Shown: positions 1-13,512 of the stretch, in pieces | Numbering within the stretch: the stretch's first letter is position 1 | Layout of the letters: every line of letters starts with the position of its first letter | Assembly (NCBI GenBank): GCA_040954595.2 | Contig: CM082581.2 | Span: forward strand, 6,750,699 to 6,814,698 | Length of the DNA stretch: 64,000 nucleotides | Source: Balanoglossus misakiensis | Taxonomy: Eukaryota; Animalia; Hemichordata | Direction of reading: 5' to 3' | Position numbers and translations under genes: made by a program | Notes under the pieces: model-generated | Seen by the model: the letters and a program-made list of their open reading frames with translations, nothing else | What the model was told of the DNA's origin: nothing | Databases searched by the model: none

Positions 1-680
1 AAAAGAAGAGAAGAAACAGAGAGACACAAAAACATTAATCACTAATATTGACATAGAGGTATACTTCAATCTTGCAATGCAACTGGGGAATTATTCTGAA
101 GGCATTCAAATAATTACTTTCGTTCTGGAGAAACAATCAACACTCTGATAGCTTGCCTCGGTGGAAATGTCAAAGCAGGTATACCGGACATGGCAAAATA
201 TTGCATGGTCTGTCTGCTTTTCAGTCATGCATCAGGTGTGTAAATTTCTAAGTAGATTAGAAACAATTTTCATGCCATGGGATTCAGGCATAGTCTCCAG
301 TTGCAAAATGTCCAGTCTCAATGACCACACTTGCTTCCTGTTTCATACCTTCCGGCAGAAAGTACCAATCAAAATGTGTGTACTCAGACATGATGACCAG
401 ATTACTTCCTGCAGGGGAGCCGAGCTACAAGGTATATCTGGCGTGATCATCTACCAGGTATCCAAGTTTTTACTGCTGGAGAAAAACCAGCAACAGTCAA
501 ACCTGCCAGGCTCGTCAGAGGACTAGCTTAACCGGCAGACTTTATAGACAGGTCAATTAATGCACACATAAACTGCGCAAGGACTGTTGTCACTACAGAC
601 AGGTTTACACTATATAGAGATGGCCACTTAAACACAGGTTTGACTGCACTTGTAGTTTATTGCCCAAAACAACCACTGAC

Positions 681-3600
681 CTCTGTTCTATACCCAAATG
701 GGCATTGATGCTGGCATATCTGGCAGTACCAGTCAGGTTCTTGTCTTCACGGTACGGTATGTGCTGTCTTGTGCGGCTGTCTCGGTACTTCTTGGCCAAA
801 CCAAAATCAATCAAGAAAAGCTGTCAAAGAATGAAAAATAAATTTGATGAGCATTTGTCTCTCACAAGCGCTCAAGTCCAACCTGAGAGATTGATAAAAT
901 AAAATTACTTGAAAACCTAAGCCTATCAAGTCAATGTTGATGTGTAATTTTTGCATCTCTTAAAACATGCAAATATTAAGGTGTTATATTCCTATGAAAA
1001 AGTAGCATTTGGAAATTCACTTGTAACCTCCCTATTTTTCTAATAACAATTATGTGCAATTTGAACGAATGGTTTCAATTCTACACATCATTACGGACTT
1101 CGTAATTGTCGTAATGACTGACAACTTGTGTGAGTTGTGTGTGTATTTTTTTCTGTTATCAGTCACCGCCTATGTCATAGACTGCCCAAGAGGTCAATTT
1201 GTAGGTCACTTAATGAGTCTGGCCTTGGGTTCCTTTGTTCTGTTGTTAACTATGAAATCCCAATGCTGATATTTATGTCAAAATGCATTAATGCGCAACA
1301 AGGTTGTTCTGCAATGGTACATAGCAACATTGTCATGAATACAAATATTCTGACAGTCAAACACTAACAGACAGACTTTAATGATCACTTCTTTTTTTAA
1401 TGATTCTCCTTTGAGATCAGGAAGGTTCCACTGCCCTGTGTGTTATGGCAGTTTATAAAACAGTGCATCTACAAATTTATAACTGTTTTTAATACTTTCA
1501 GTTTCAGTCAAGATATTAAACACTGTACATATTTTCTAATTTAGTTCTAGTCAGTCTTTGACCTTATTAATCATGATGTTTCACTAAAAACTGACAGGTG
1601 ATCGCACTCTTCACAGCAGTATGGGACAGGTATTTTATGATGAATTAAAATGTGTTGAATTCCAAAATAAATCAACAACTACATACATGTATATGTATCT
1701 GTATTAAAGAATTGTCATAAATTTCCACACTTCACACGACGCTGAGACACTGTTGTTAACATATTATCCCCAGGTCATCCCCTCTTGAGAGTTGAGTGAC
1801 AGTCAAGTTTATTACAACACATATTGCAAATGCCACAGCTGTACCACCAGCAGAATATGCAATTATAATGAGGTTGAACGTCTTTCATTTTATATAGCAC
1901 ATTTCGTGCCATCCTGACCTGAAACTAATCAACTATCACGGTCAACTGTTCCACTTAAATATACTATGCAATCCAATACAAATTCGATGGACAATAGGGC
2001 AGTAATGCTGAGATGAGATTTACCATCGAAGAGGGGGGAAATGGTAACAGTTGCCCAAACGTGTCCTGAACCACAACGGTCAAGGAAACATGAGATGCTA
2101 ATTATAGCAAGTGCATCACCATACCATGGGCCACCAGTATTATATGTAAATGAGAACTGGTAGGTCATTGGCAAATATGACAAAAGACTGTATCATGGTC
2201 AGTAGGTTTTAGAGGCCAGCCATGTCACGTCGGAAGTTTGACAAACTCATAAATTAAGCTGCCTTGACCTCTGGACTTCTATGGCACGTGTTGAAAGTTC
2301 AAAACAAGACCGTAACACACTGTCCAGAGAAAAACAGCCCACCTTGTTGTATAAGCAGCAAACGCCTGACAATGAAAGAAACACGCATTGTCTCTGTATC
2401 GCTGCAATGTTTCTCAATGAGCAAAAACCTTAACATCTTTGACAGCACAGTCATGTATCCAGGTTGCGTATTTCATTTCAATGCCTAGCCAACATCCTGC
2501 CACTTCGAAGTCACAAATGCGTCACTAGCAGCGGTCCTTGGAATGACATTATAACGGCGCAACACTGACCAGGACTGAGAATATTAACTGGTTTTCAAAA
2601 TCATTGCTATAAACAGCTATGAGTTATCAATGCTCATAAAAAACAGTCATCACGGACACCAGACAAAAAAAACGTCATCCAGGGTTTTTTGATGTGCATA
2701 ATTGTTGAACTGTTTCACCTACAGACAGGCCCCCGCCCTGATTTATAATGCATGCATTAGTACGGCTACCAGTGCTCATTGTACCTGCGAGAACAGACAG
2801 CTCGCAATGCGCTTTTGACAAGCAATGTAGGTTTAGAGCTCACATTACAACACCGTTTGGGGATTATCCTTTGTATTGGCCATTGTTGGCGGCAGATGTT
2901 TCTGGGCAAAGGAAAGTGTGGTGACCCAAAGGAGACGTCGCTGAATAGCAAGTGAAATGAACAAACGGAGACACAACAACACAGACATTGACGCACTTTG
3001 AGGTCTGTTCCTTGGCACCCGTATCTTGGAGAGGTACCACCCCCCCCCCCCCCTATGACAACACCAAGTCCTTTTCAGCACCCGCACCAAACACAGGCAA
3101 ACAGGATGAAAATCCCAAGGCCGTCAAAGCCCCCCTCGGAATTGCTGTGACGATGAAAACATTACTGCCACAGCCAGGGAAATCAAATTACCAAATTCTC
3201 CATCAGATCAGGCTATTTTGCTGTCAACATGTTTACTAGATGGGAACTGAGAATGAGATTCTTATACAGGTACCATCATGTTACCGACAATACATGTACA
3301 CATTGTAAAATATGCCATTCTTTAAATGAGAAAATATCAAAATGTTAAACAAAACTCGTTACCTTCTTTGTAATATTGATCTGGAATACCTGTACTTTCC
3401 ACACGTTTTCCTGGTATCATTAAAATCAAAGGTTTCTTACAGATCGCATTTTAGCCATGCAACTTCAGAAAATTTGATCACTACCACAGCACTATCAAAC
3501 CAGAGATACATGTGTAACCCCCCCCCCCCCTTCCCTTTTCCACTGTATATGGGCTCACCAGTGCTACTGTCATTGTCTTTTTCCATAACTATGTGGTGAT

Positions 3601-6600
3601 GAAGGCCACATCTCTTGAAGAAAGAAACTATCCTTGACTGTTACCACATTGTCATTAATAGAATCTTCACATTGTATGCAGATGAGATCTCATTTGGAGA
3701 ACAATCATTTGAAGACAAGAGTAATGTTTTTACTCCAGGCCTTGAGTATTCTCATTTACAAGTGGTTCAGATCTCCTTCTACATTTGCTTTGAACCGATA
3801 GTTTGAAACTGTGAAATTGATATTATGCCAGAACATCCCAGTTTTTACTCAACTGATAACTTTACAAGGTCCTAACCTATGTCTAAATTCTCCATGACTT
3901 CATCAGAAGTGGATAGTTGGCTGCCAACTGATCCCACAATATCTAGATTCCACTTATCTTTACGAGTCTTTGAGGAACGCATGTCTACAAAGAGGAGTGT
4001 ATGCTTGAGTTTCAAGTAACCTTTTCTGAGAAAGAGCGGAACCACTTCGGTTAGATTTCTCGTGTGATTTTTAGCATCTGTCGATAAAGCGAGTGTTTGT
4101 CTACATGTATCGCAGGTCACAAGCTCTTCTCCAGTTCACCAAACACATCAACAATGCAACTTAGATTTCACTCGCCTGGGCTGAGCTGCATTTCAACCGA
4201 GGCCGTGGGATTCCAGGATTCACACAGATTGGAGTTTGAAACATCACATATTAGATCTTCTCCCAAAAGACCATGTTACAATGCCAGTTTTGCTTTCAAT
4301 GGACAGGGATTGTTTCCCTTACAAAAGCTTACCTGATTGCAGTGCCTTCCAATACCCATCAGGAAGTTGTCTGGCTTGATATCTCTGTGAATAAAATTCT
4401 TATTGTGGACATACTCGATCCGACTTATCATCTGCAAAAGGAAGGAATAAAAAATACAACATACTGTCATACACCACAGTCAGGATTTTCTAACCAACTT
4501 AGCAACATTAACTTGTGTACGCACGTACGTTTGTTTTTTTTCTACAGAGACTGCCAGGTAGCAATCTATTTGGTTCTGTCCTACTAATTGCTTCAAAATA
4601 AATGAGAATTCTGACCGATTAAAACTGGGCTTGATAGGTCTTGTCTGTTGCCTTTTTGTGCTTTTTGTGTGGAGTGCCACAAATCATTTCTAGTGAAATG
4701 CGACAAAGATCAACCGATTTCATTCAAGCTGGCTGACAATTTTTGAAAACAACCCCGGGTAAATTCTGTGCACGATGCACAGGGGTCAAAGCGAGGCACC
4801 AGCGCACCATGATACACCGATTCAAAACGGCTACCTCTGCCTGGCACCGAGTCAATGACATTTTCACAGAGAATGGCCGGGGTGCTGACATTTACTCAAT
4901 ACAGCACTGCCTTCTGGGAAACAAGGCAGGAAGTATGAATAAAAGACTCTCCCGTCCCACAAAAGACTTGCACACAGGACTAAACAAAGATGCAGCAAGG
5001 TCCTGGCAAAAACAGCGTGGTACAAAAACAACATCTTTATTGCCTAGGAAACTCCATGCAACTGAAACCGTTTGCACTTCAATGCATGAAAGCTCCAACT
5101 TCAAAACGATCACACATTGTGTGGTTCATGATAATAATAACAGTTTTCCATGTCCCGCCCCCTTTTCATTCCACGTATTATTATGAAACACTAACCCTGC
5201 TCTCACAGTTCCATAACACTATCAAAAAACATTATTACCTGGTCAGCAAGCATTAAAACTGTTTTCATTGTGAATCTCCTTGAACAGAAATTGAAGAGGT
5301 CCTCTAAGCTGGGACCTAAGAGGTCCATTACTAGGACATTGTAATCTTTCTCTTGACCATACCACCTAGTTAAACAAAAAGAAGCAAAAATACATTGTCA
5401 GCATAAATCATGATGGCCTCAGTGGACTAGTTAACATTTGATGTATCACTTCACGGTATTACTAATATGGCAAATATCCACATGTCATCTATTCATCATT
5501 TCTATGAAGACAATGAAAGTTACAGGGTCACACCACAGTCAGTGTTCTGATGCTCCAATACACAAATAAATTTGCTAATATCCGGTGGCTGTTACATGTA
5601 AAATATGCTGGAATAAAATAAGATTAAAATAGCTTGTTTGTGGGGGGGGGGAGGGGGGGGGGAGAGACACATTTTAGCTTGACAGCCATGTGTGTGGGGT
5701 GGGGTACACAAATTGTAATAGCCAACACCTTATGTCAATATAAGTCATCACTTGGTATAAAAATTGTTTCAATGAATTCAAATAGAAATTTGCAGATCTT
5801 CAAAAAGTTCTAAATAAACACACACAAAATAAGCAGTGAATAAGGGCAAAAAAAGACAACAGCCACGCCTTTATGGAAAATGATGATCATAACATCCCAG
5901 GGCTGCAGATTTCTAATGAGATATGCAGTGTGACCATCACATGACTGTAATTTATAACTGGGGTGAACTGGATTGCACAGTGCTAAACAAACAACAAATC
6001 TAATGGGGACTGACATTCAAACACTCAACATAATTAAAATTATCATCTCACCACATTATTATTATTAATACGGTATCCACGGTTATAATACCACCAATTT
6101 TAATTTGGAATTGAAAACAAATCATTGAAGGGGTGTTCTCTAAACTCTATGTAGGTTTTCTGCCTTGGACACGTGCTGGCACTGAAATAATTTGGTCAGG
6201 AAGTTACAGTTGTAATATTGCCAGGTGAAGGAGGAGAAACTGTCCATGAAATAAAACTGTGGTATATTGCCAGCTTTAATGACATACACTTGCACAGCTG
6301 AGACCTCCTCCAATACCCTTTTCAAGGATGCATTAACCTCAATACCATCAAGTAATATAGAGATTCCACAATAGCCGAAGTGTACTGTACCATTCAGTGG
6401 ATAAGCAAGCTCCTACACAGTGTAATGACAATCTACATGTACACACTCAGTGTATATTTAGATTTCCTCACCATCACTGTGTTAGTGTTTAATCATTTAC
6501 GTGTATGTTTTTTTGGTTTTCACAAAACCATATCATATAAAACAAAAATATTTTTAATTCCCTCCAAATATCACTTGTATCACATGACAATCCTTGCCAA

Positions 6601-9600
6601 GTATACAACACAAGCCTATCTAGCAACACATAACCATCACAATGGCCTATATGATAATGGCAATCATCCTAAATTCCGAGTACCAATCACAATATTCAGC
6701 TCTCTTACTGGCATTTGTTCAAATGAAATCCCTATGTTTCAAGTGTGAAAGAGAGCTTGACCACTATGTACCAAGGCAAACAGCAGTGACTGAAAAGGGA
6801 TTAAACTTATTGATGAAAAAAGACCTACATTCAGTGCATTATGGTAGGATGAAAGGCTAAAGTGCAACAGAAACTGGATCTACTATTTCATACCACCATA
6901 ATTAAGCACTTGGGAGTAAAACAAACATTTCATTTAGTTTCCAGGAGACATACATTTATCGTCACCAATGTTTCAGGAGAGTCCGTCCGTGACATGGGAC
7001 CCAGTGAACTTTGGACCGTGCAGGTAACCTGTTAAAAATCTGAACTTTTGAACTGCATGTCCGACTGCAAAAGGCAGGGACACTGTGGACGTTTCAAGCC
7101 ACACACCCCTTACACAAATATCAATCCCGCACTATTTCTCTCTCACTATCCTTGCATATTACAAACACTACTCGATAATGACACAATAGTGACTTCTACA
7201 TGGGTGACATTGGCAAGACAAACTTTACAGAAATATTATTGATTCGTCACGTTTCAAGGGCGCAAAACAAATCTGCACATGGTTGACTGGAAAAAAGCTG
7301 TTTGCCCTCCTCTTATATCATCGATTCTGTGACACTGGAAAACACAATCATGACAAGGTTAAAGGTAAACACATTACTTTGTTGAATATGAGCTGACAAG
7401 ATATTTTCATAGCTTGCAGCTCACAACAGCTGATTGTCACACAAAAGTTAAGCCACTGTTTGGTTTGGTTTTTTGTCTCGGTCAACGTTGCTAAAAATGG
7501 ACACATCTGGAAACGTGTTCACACGGTGGCTCCCCAGGCCACTGAGCTCACTTGTTTATCAGAATTCAATATTTCCTGTATTGCATTACTAATCTAGAGC
7601 AAAGATTTTAAAATATGGAGATAAACAACTTCACGGGAGTCAGCCATGGTCACAAAATTGTGTCACCATACTTAATGATCTTTCATATTTCATGATATAT
7701 GTTGATTATCTTTTATTATTCCGATAAAGATTTATAGGTGTAATGTACTGAAACTTGTTTTTCATAACTGTAGCCTTGGTGTAGCGTAAACACTGTCATG
7801 ACTGATGCAATTCACACTAGTTATTTCGAATCCATCAATCATAGCCATTTGTATGCCCACGTAGTAAGAAAACTAAATGAAATACAGTATTTACATCGGC
7901 AATGTGCCTGGTCGCTGATGCATCTGAAAGATTTAGAGCATGTCTATAATGTTTTTGTTTTGTTGACATCAATTCTTCTTCAAAGATACATTAGTTATAC
8001 TTCTCAAGCGAAGAGCCACACGATTGAAGGCTCGCTAACACTCAACCTTAGCTAAAGACAAAAGTGTACTTCAGTTCAGTTTCCCTGAATCTGTGATCTG
8101 TCCTAACAAAACTTTTTCACCTGTAGCAATTCTAACCTTACAGGTTCAAACTACATCTTGGGTGGAACTTTTACACCATCCATAATTCAATACCTATGAC
8201 CACATCAGTTTTATGTTGTTGTCGTTGTTTTTTTTCAAAATTAAGTGTTGATTTTTCATCAAAGCAAATTTAATAAATTTGACTATCATCCGAATCAAAA
8301 TTTTCATCCGCAATTATGACTGTCAACGTACCAGTACAAAATACCCTTCATAATCTAACACATAATTCAGTGTAAGCCATCAACGCAATCCACCCTTCAG
8401 CTCAAGACCTCAAAACAATCTTATTCTTAGTATTGATTTTTTTTTTTTTGCATTACCTGAATAGGAAGGACAAAACTGTTCGAACTATCCTTGACCATCT
8501 GACATTTCCTATGGACTGCAAAATACCTGTCATGGCAACAGATTCTAGCCCACATACTATTTATTTAATACCCATGTCTTCACCAACCCACTAGTAGGGG
8601 GGAATATTGAAAACCCCATGATAGTAGATCACAGCATTAAACCCATTGCTACCCTTTTATGTAAAGTCTTGACACACCTGACAAGCCGAAATACTTACAA
8701 TTTGTTGAGAAGATGCAATGATGTATGTAATTATCCCTAGTTTTCAATAATGTTATTTTACCCATTCCCATTATATGGTCCAACCTTCTTACTGAAAATA
8801 TGCCAAAGAGAATTATTTCAAGTAAAACAGCTAACAGATCTCACTAGGAAGCTTGTAATATAATGACGACCATGTCACAACTCGCATATTTTTAATAAAT
8901 GGTCTGGCATTAAAATGAGTTATACTCTTATTAAATATTTCAGTACCAGTTGAACTTTCCACATCAATTTTCTGAGGCTATAAAGCATCCTTGTCAGGTT
9001 TTACATCTACGCCACAATGACTGAATAAATGCTTGATAATTTATGTGTAACACTGTACAGTAATTATGTTTTCCTTAAAAATTGTAATATTAGCAAAATT
9101 CATAAATATAACTGAAAATCAAATTAAACATTTCATGACACGTACATGTTAATGTCATGAAGCCAATGAAAAGCCTTCATGTAATTTTTGGCTGAACATG
9201 TGCCATTAATTGTTTGTAGAGGAATACTTTTTTACTTAAAAATTTTAATATTGTAAAATTCACACATTTCACGTTTCATAACATGTACTGATTAATGTGA
9301 ATGCCACGACTCTGATGAAAAGCCTTAGTCTAATTTTGGCTGAACCTGTGTCATAAAATGAATAAATTTTGTAAAATTTGAATATGTAGCAGGGCATATC
9401 AATGAATCAGCTGGTTCATCGCTTGCCCGCCCACAGCAAGCAATGGTGGTTCCTTACTGTAACCTACTGTAAACCCTGTCCATTCATTCATGATCAATCT
9501 TGGATATTATCTTGGAATTATCTTTAAGCAAACCGATGACATGTCTTTACAAGTGGGTAAAATATTTTGTACCTGTCGTCAGGTATCTGTCCCTTTGCCT

Positions 9601-10764
9601 TTGGTGACACCAATTCATAATTCACTGAGTGGAACTTTCACCAAGAATTTCAAGATTATAGTACATTACGATCAACAGGAGACAAATTCGACACTTGGAT
9701 ACGAAATGGTTATGAATTTCCCCACCCTTCCTTGTCATGAAACGTTTCCTTGGTTTTGTCTTAATACCCACAGGATATGCAAACTACACCAATCTCATGA
9801 ACATATTGACCATTTCACAAATTCTATAATTTAACATTTTCAAGGAAAATACATCTAGAAACATTGTTAAAATATATTTTGATTCAAATAATTATAAACA
9901 GGACATTGTCACGGTTGAGAAAAGATGTGCAAAAATTAATAAATGTTATATTTACTCTTGGCAGTCATTGTACCATATGATTCAGTTGAATAAATTGCGG
10001 ATACGCAGAGGCGCACTTTCTGAGGTTTCGTAAAATGCGAAAAGCGCTGTTGATTGTGTTGGTAACGTTAGATCATTGACACCATCGTTAGCTAATATGC
10101 CAAAAGTGTATTCTCATAACACCGTTTAAGTCATCTTTCCCCCACAGGAAGGGAATCCATGCCATGATCAAGATGGTGTTGTGGCGAGTTCGTCAACACA
10201 AAGCAAACATGGCGAACAGCAGCATGCAGGTCCATGGGGTCAACAGTGCACCACATTTCTGCCGAAAAGCGATCGACTGTGAACAAACCTGTCGTTCATA
10301 CAATGTCAATGGTTACAACAAAGGCTCCAAATTCACAAACTGGACAGATCGTGGATACTTACCCCCAGCGATACACTTTACAGTATCACACTGTAAATGA
10401 TCGTTATCGTTTAACGAATGAGCGATCGAAACGAACTTACCGAATATGGGGAATCCCTACGCCACCTTGCAAAATTTTGTACAATTTACTCTCGTAGAGT
10501 AGCTGCGGATGCCTTGCTTTGTGTGATTCTAATTTGACCGCTACCTCCTGCAGAAACAGACAAAAATATTCACACCAAAATGCTCGGATGTCGTTCTCAA
10601 AATCAGACATGAAAATGGGGGATGTTGCCAGTACTCACCTCGCCATTTGTTATGTTGACGCCCAAGTAAATATCACCGAACGAACCGCTGCCGATCTTTC
10701 TCACTAATTTGTACTTGCCCCCGACAAGGAATTCTCCCCCCTTTGAACTACTGGCACTTGCCAT
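681..10764 (-). CDS. CSNK1A1: Casein kinase I alpha, coding exons 1-5 (3' end lies left of the window)
   Basis: Exons 10764-10639, 10547-10441, 5365-5239, 4431-4333 and 820-681, all GT-AG and in phase. They translate to [35 protein letters not shown]...HPQLLYESK...[15 protein letters not shown]...[18 protein letters not shown]...[11 protein letters not shown]...[16 protein letters not shown]. The purine run at 1-30 is a minus-strand pyrimidine tract, probably before the next exon. Confidence 0.97.
9070..9385. repeat. Degenerate tandem duplication (about 150-160 bp unit) in CSNK1A1 intron 2
   Basis: atgaaaagcctt...ttttggctgaac(a/c)tgtg occurs at about 9167-9202 and 9316-9350. aaaatt(g/t)taatatt..aaaattca occurs at about 9078 and 9239. 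Confidence 0.6.
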
Positions 10765-11538
10765 GATGTGACTGTTCCGCAAATCAAGAAAATTAGGCTG
10801 AATTTAGGCTGAAAAGGGAGGTAGAAAATGACCGATCTCACTACTGCCTTGTCATCTTCGCTGTAATGCAGCCGACGTTGCTGGTTGCCGAGAACAATAA
10901 CGCGCAATGATTCATGGGAGCACTGCCCGGTCACCAATAGTTACTCAGAATTAACATAAACCTGTCTCCACCCAATCTCCATACACAGTGGCTATTGTTA
11001 CTATTTGAAACAATCAAAATCAATTCACACGACTGTTTCGATCATCAGTTATTTGGGGAAAACAGAACCTTGACGGTCAGTTTGGTTAAAAAAATAATTA
11101 ATTGTAACCTGGCCCAGTCGACTGAATATATATTCATGCCTCAACACATGTTTGTAAATGTGCGGATATAGCATTGAAACTCAGACAAGACGTTGTTTGG
11201 GTTTACAGACTTGTATTTGCATATCAAAGAATACCTGCTTCCTTTGGATGACACCGTCGCTACCTAGGTATTTATCCAACTTAGTCTTTTGTCCCGTGAT
11301 ATCGACGACTTCATGAAATACTAAAAACCACTGCCACACAATTTGTTGACTATTTGTTTACAACACAACAAAATGTTGGGCTACTTCTCTCTACTACTCT
11401 CTCTCTCTCTTGGTAAATATTATTTGACCACATTTTTATACAGATAGATGTACATTTTGTAGTCCTGCCACTCACATATAATATTATGACTTGAGATATT
11501 GACAAAATGCGTTTTGCATAATACATAAGTCAAAAGCA

Positions 11539-11786
<248 letters not shown>

Positions 11787-12709
11787 AATAATTTGTTCAA
11801 AGCTGATTTTAAGAACAGTATTTTAATTTGTATGAGTCATGACACCTAACATTAAAATCGGACGGCCCCATACCAATATGTGGGACAAAGGGTGGTTCAC
11901 GTTTCCTCGCACGTGAAGCATTCTCAAAGCTTCGGGGAATCCAAAATGGGCGGTCATTATTGCAGCGGTCCGGGCTCAACAAGTAAAATCAGCAAATGAA
12001 AGTTGCCAGGCGGTATTAGGGTTTCGAGATATCATCTCCCACACACAAAACACATCACTACATAGGAGACCGGCGAAATTAACCAAAAAAGTCCAAGTCT
12101 ATCGTCATCAAATTGATCTGTGATGAATATAATCCATGACATTTATGGCTGGTTCTATTATGGCGCAGACTTTGCTGCTGATCCAGCCTTATGCAAACAC
12201 CTCTCAAGGACGGTTTACAGTTGAAACTAATTTGCAAGTTCAACCATAGACGCTCCAGGGTCTATATGGTTCAACTGGTTTTCTGCTTGGCATGTTTCGT
12301 GTTTGATAATTGAACACTTATAATATCAACTCCTCCACACACGGTTAAATTCCTCCCCCGGAGCGAACGTTATACAGTGACCATGAACTGGAGACAATTT
12401 CTGTGGCGTGGCATGTCACGGCGTGGTGAGTGGGAGATCACCGCAAAATGCAAATATTTTATCATCCTTATTATTTTAATTTTTAATTTCTTTGCTTTAT
12501 CATTATCAATTAAGTTAGAATTATTTGCTCATTTCATAACGTTAAAATCAATATTTTTTTATTTATTCGTTTATTGTTATTGCGAGTTTGAAATTATTTA
12601 TGCGAATGGACTATATTTGCTTATCGTCACACTTTTACATTTATTTGCCTTTAAAGAAGCAATTGTTACAACAAAGTCGCTAAATCATCAAATAAATAGG
12701 TCATATTAG

Positions 12710-12796
<87 letters not shown>
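12710..12796. repeat. (ATC)n microsatellite
   Basis: Directly visible perfect trinucleotide array. Confidence 0.98.
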
Positions 12797-12797
<1 letters not shown>

Positions 12798-13512
12798 ATG
12801 TCGTCGTCTTCGTCACAAAGATGCCTAGATTAATTCCCCTGCACAAACATGCTATTGTCCAATCTGATGTAAATCAGATGTAGGGTTGCCTCGATCTTTA
12901 CATTTGCTGATTCTCATGATTCTTGGCTGTTCAGATAAATAATTGATAATTAATATCTTCCGCAGGGTCACCGGGACTTCAATTTTAAAATCCATCTTTT
13001 GGACTGAGAATATGTGCTGCTGTATCGTGGAAAATGATATAGCGAAGCAGAGACTGAATAAAACGTCAAGCGATGACAATTACTAGCTGTAATGATTTTA
13101 GCTCGGTGGTTGTACGGTGCGCTTATTTCAAGTTTGTTGCTACGCTGCTACAGTCTTGTTGCGTGGGCAACAGAGGCCAACATCAAAGAAGCCAGCAGGC
13201 CACAGGCAACGTTACGTTATCAATGTTGCGAAAGCAGTGTGATGCAAGAGTTTGCGTCACTCAGCTCGTAACATTGATTCCGTGATTTCCATGCAGGTGT
13301 CCACTATATATCAACTGCAGTTAGAATATGAAGCGACTAAAATAGGAAGTTTTATAACCGCATAAAAGCTTAGACGCGTCGCGCGCATATTTGCGATCGT
13401 CGGGCGAAACGCTTGTTCGAGAACAACTTATTCCGTTTAGGGTCAGAGAACGTAAAGATCCAATCCCGCGTACAATGTTGAGTATATAAGATTTATCGCA
13501 TTATAAACGAAA

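Noticed and set aside
3877-3984. Another AG..GT-bounded 108-nt segment in CK1alpha intron 4
   Set aside because: It has an in-frame TAG and no extra support. Such pseudo-exons are common, which is also a caution for the two candidates reported.
4743-5186. 147-aa plus-strand ORF antisense within CSNK1A1 intron 3
   Set aside because: TTG start, no recognisable domain and no splice structure.
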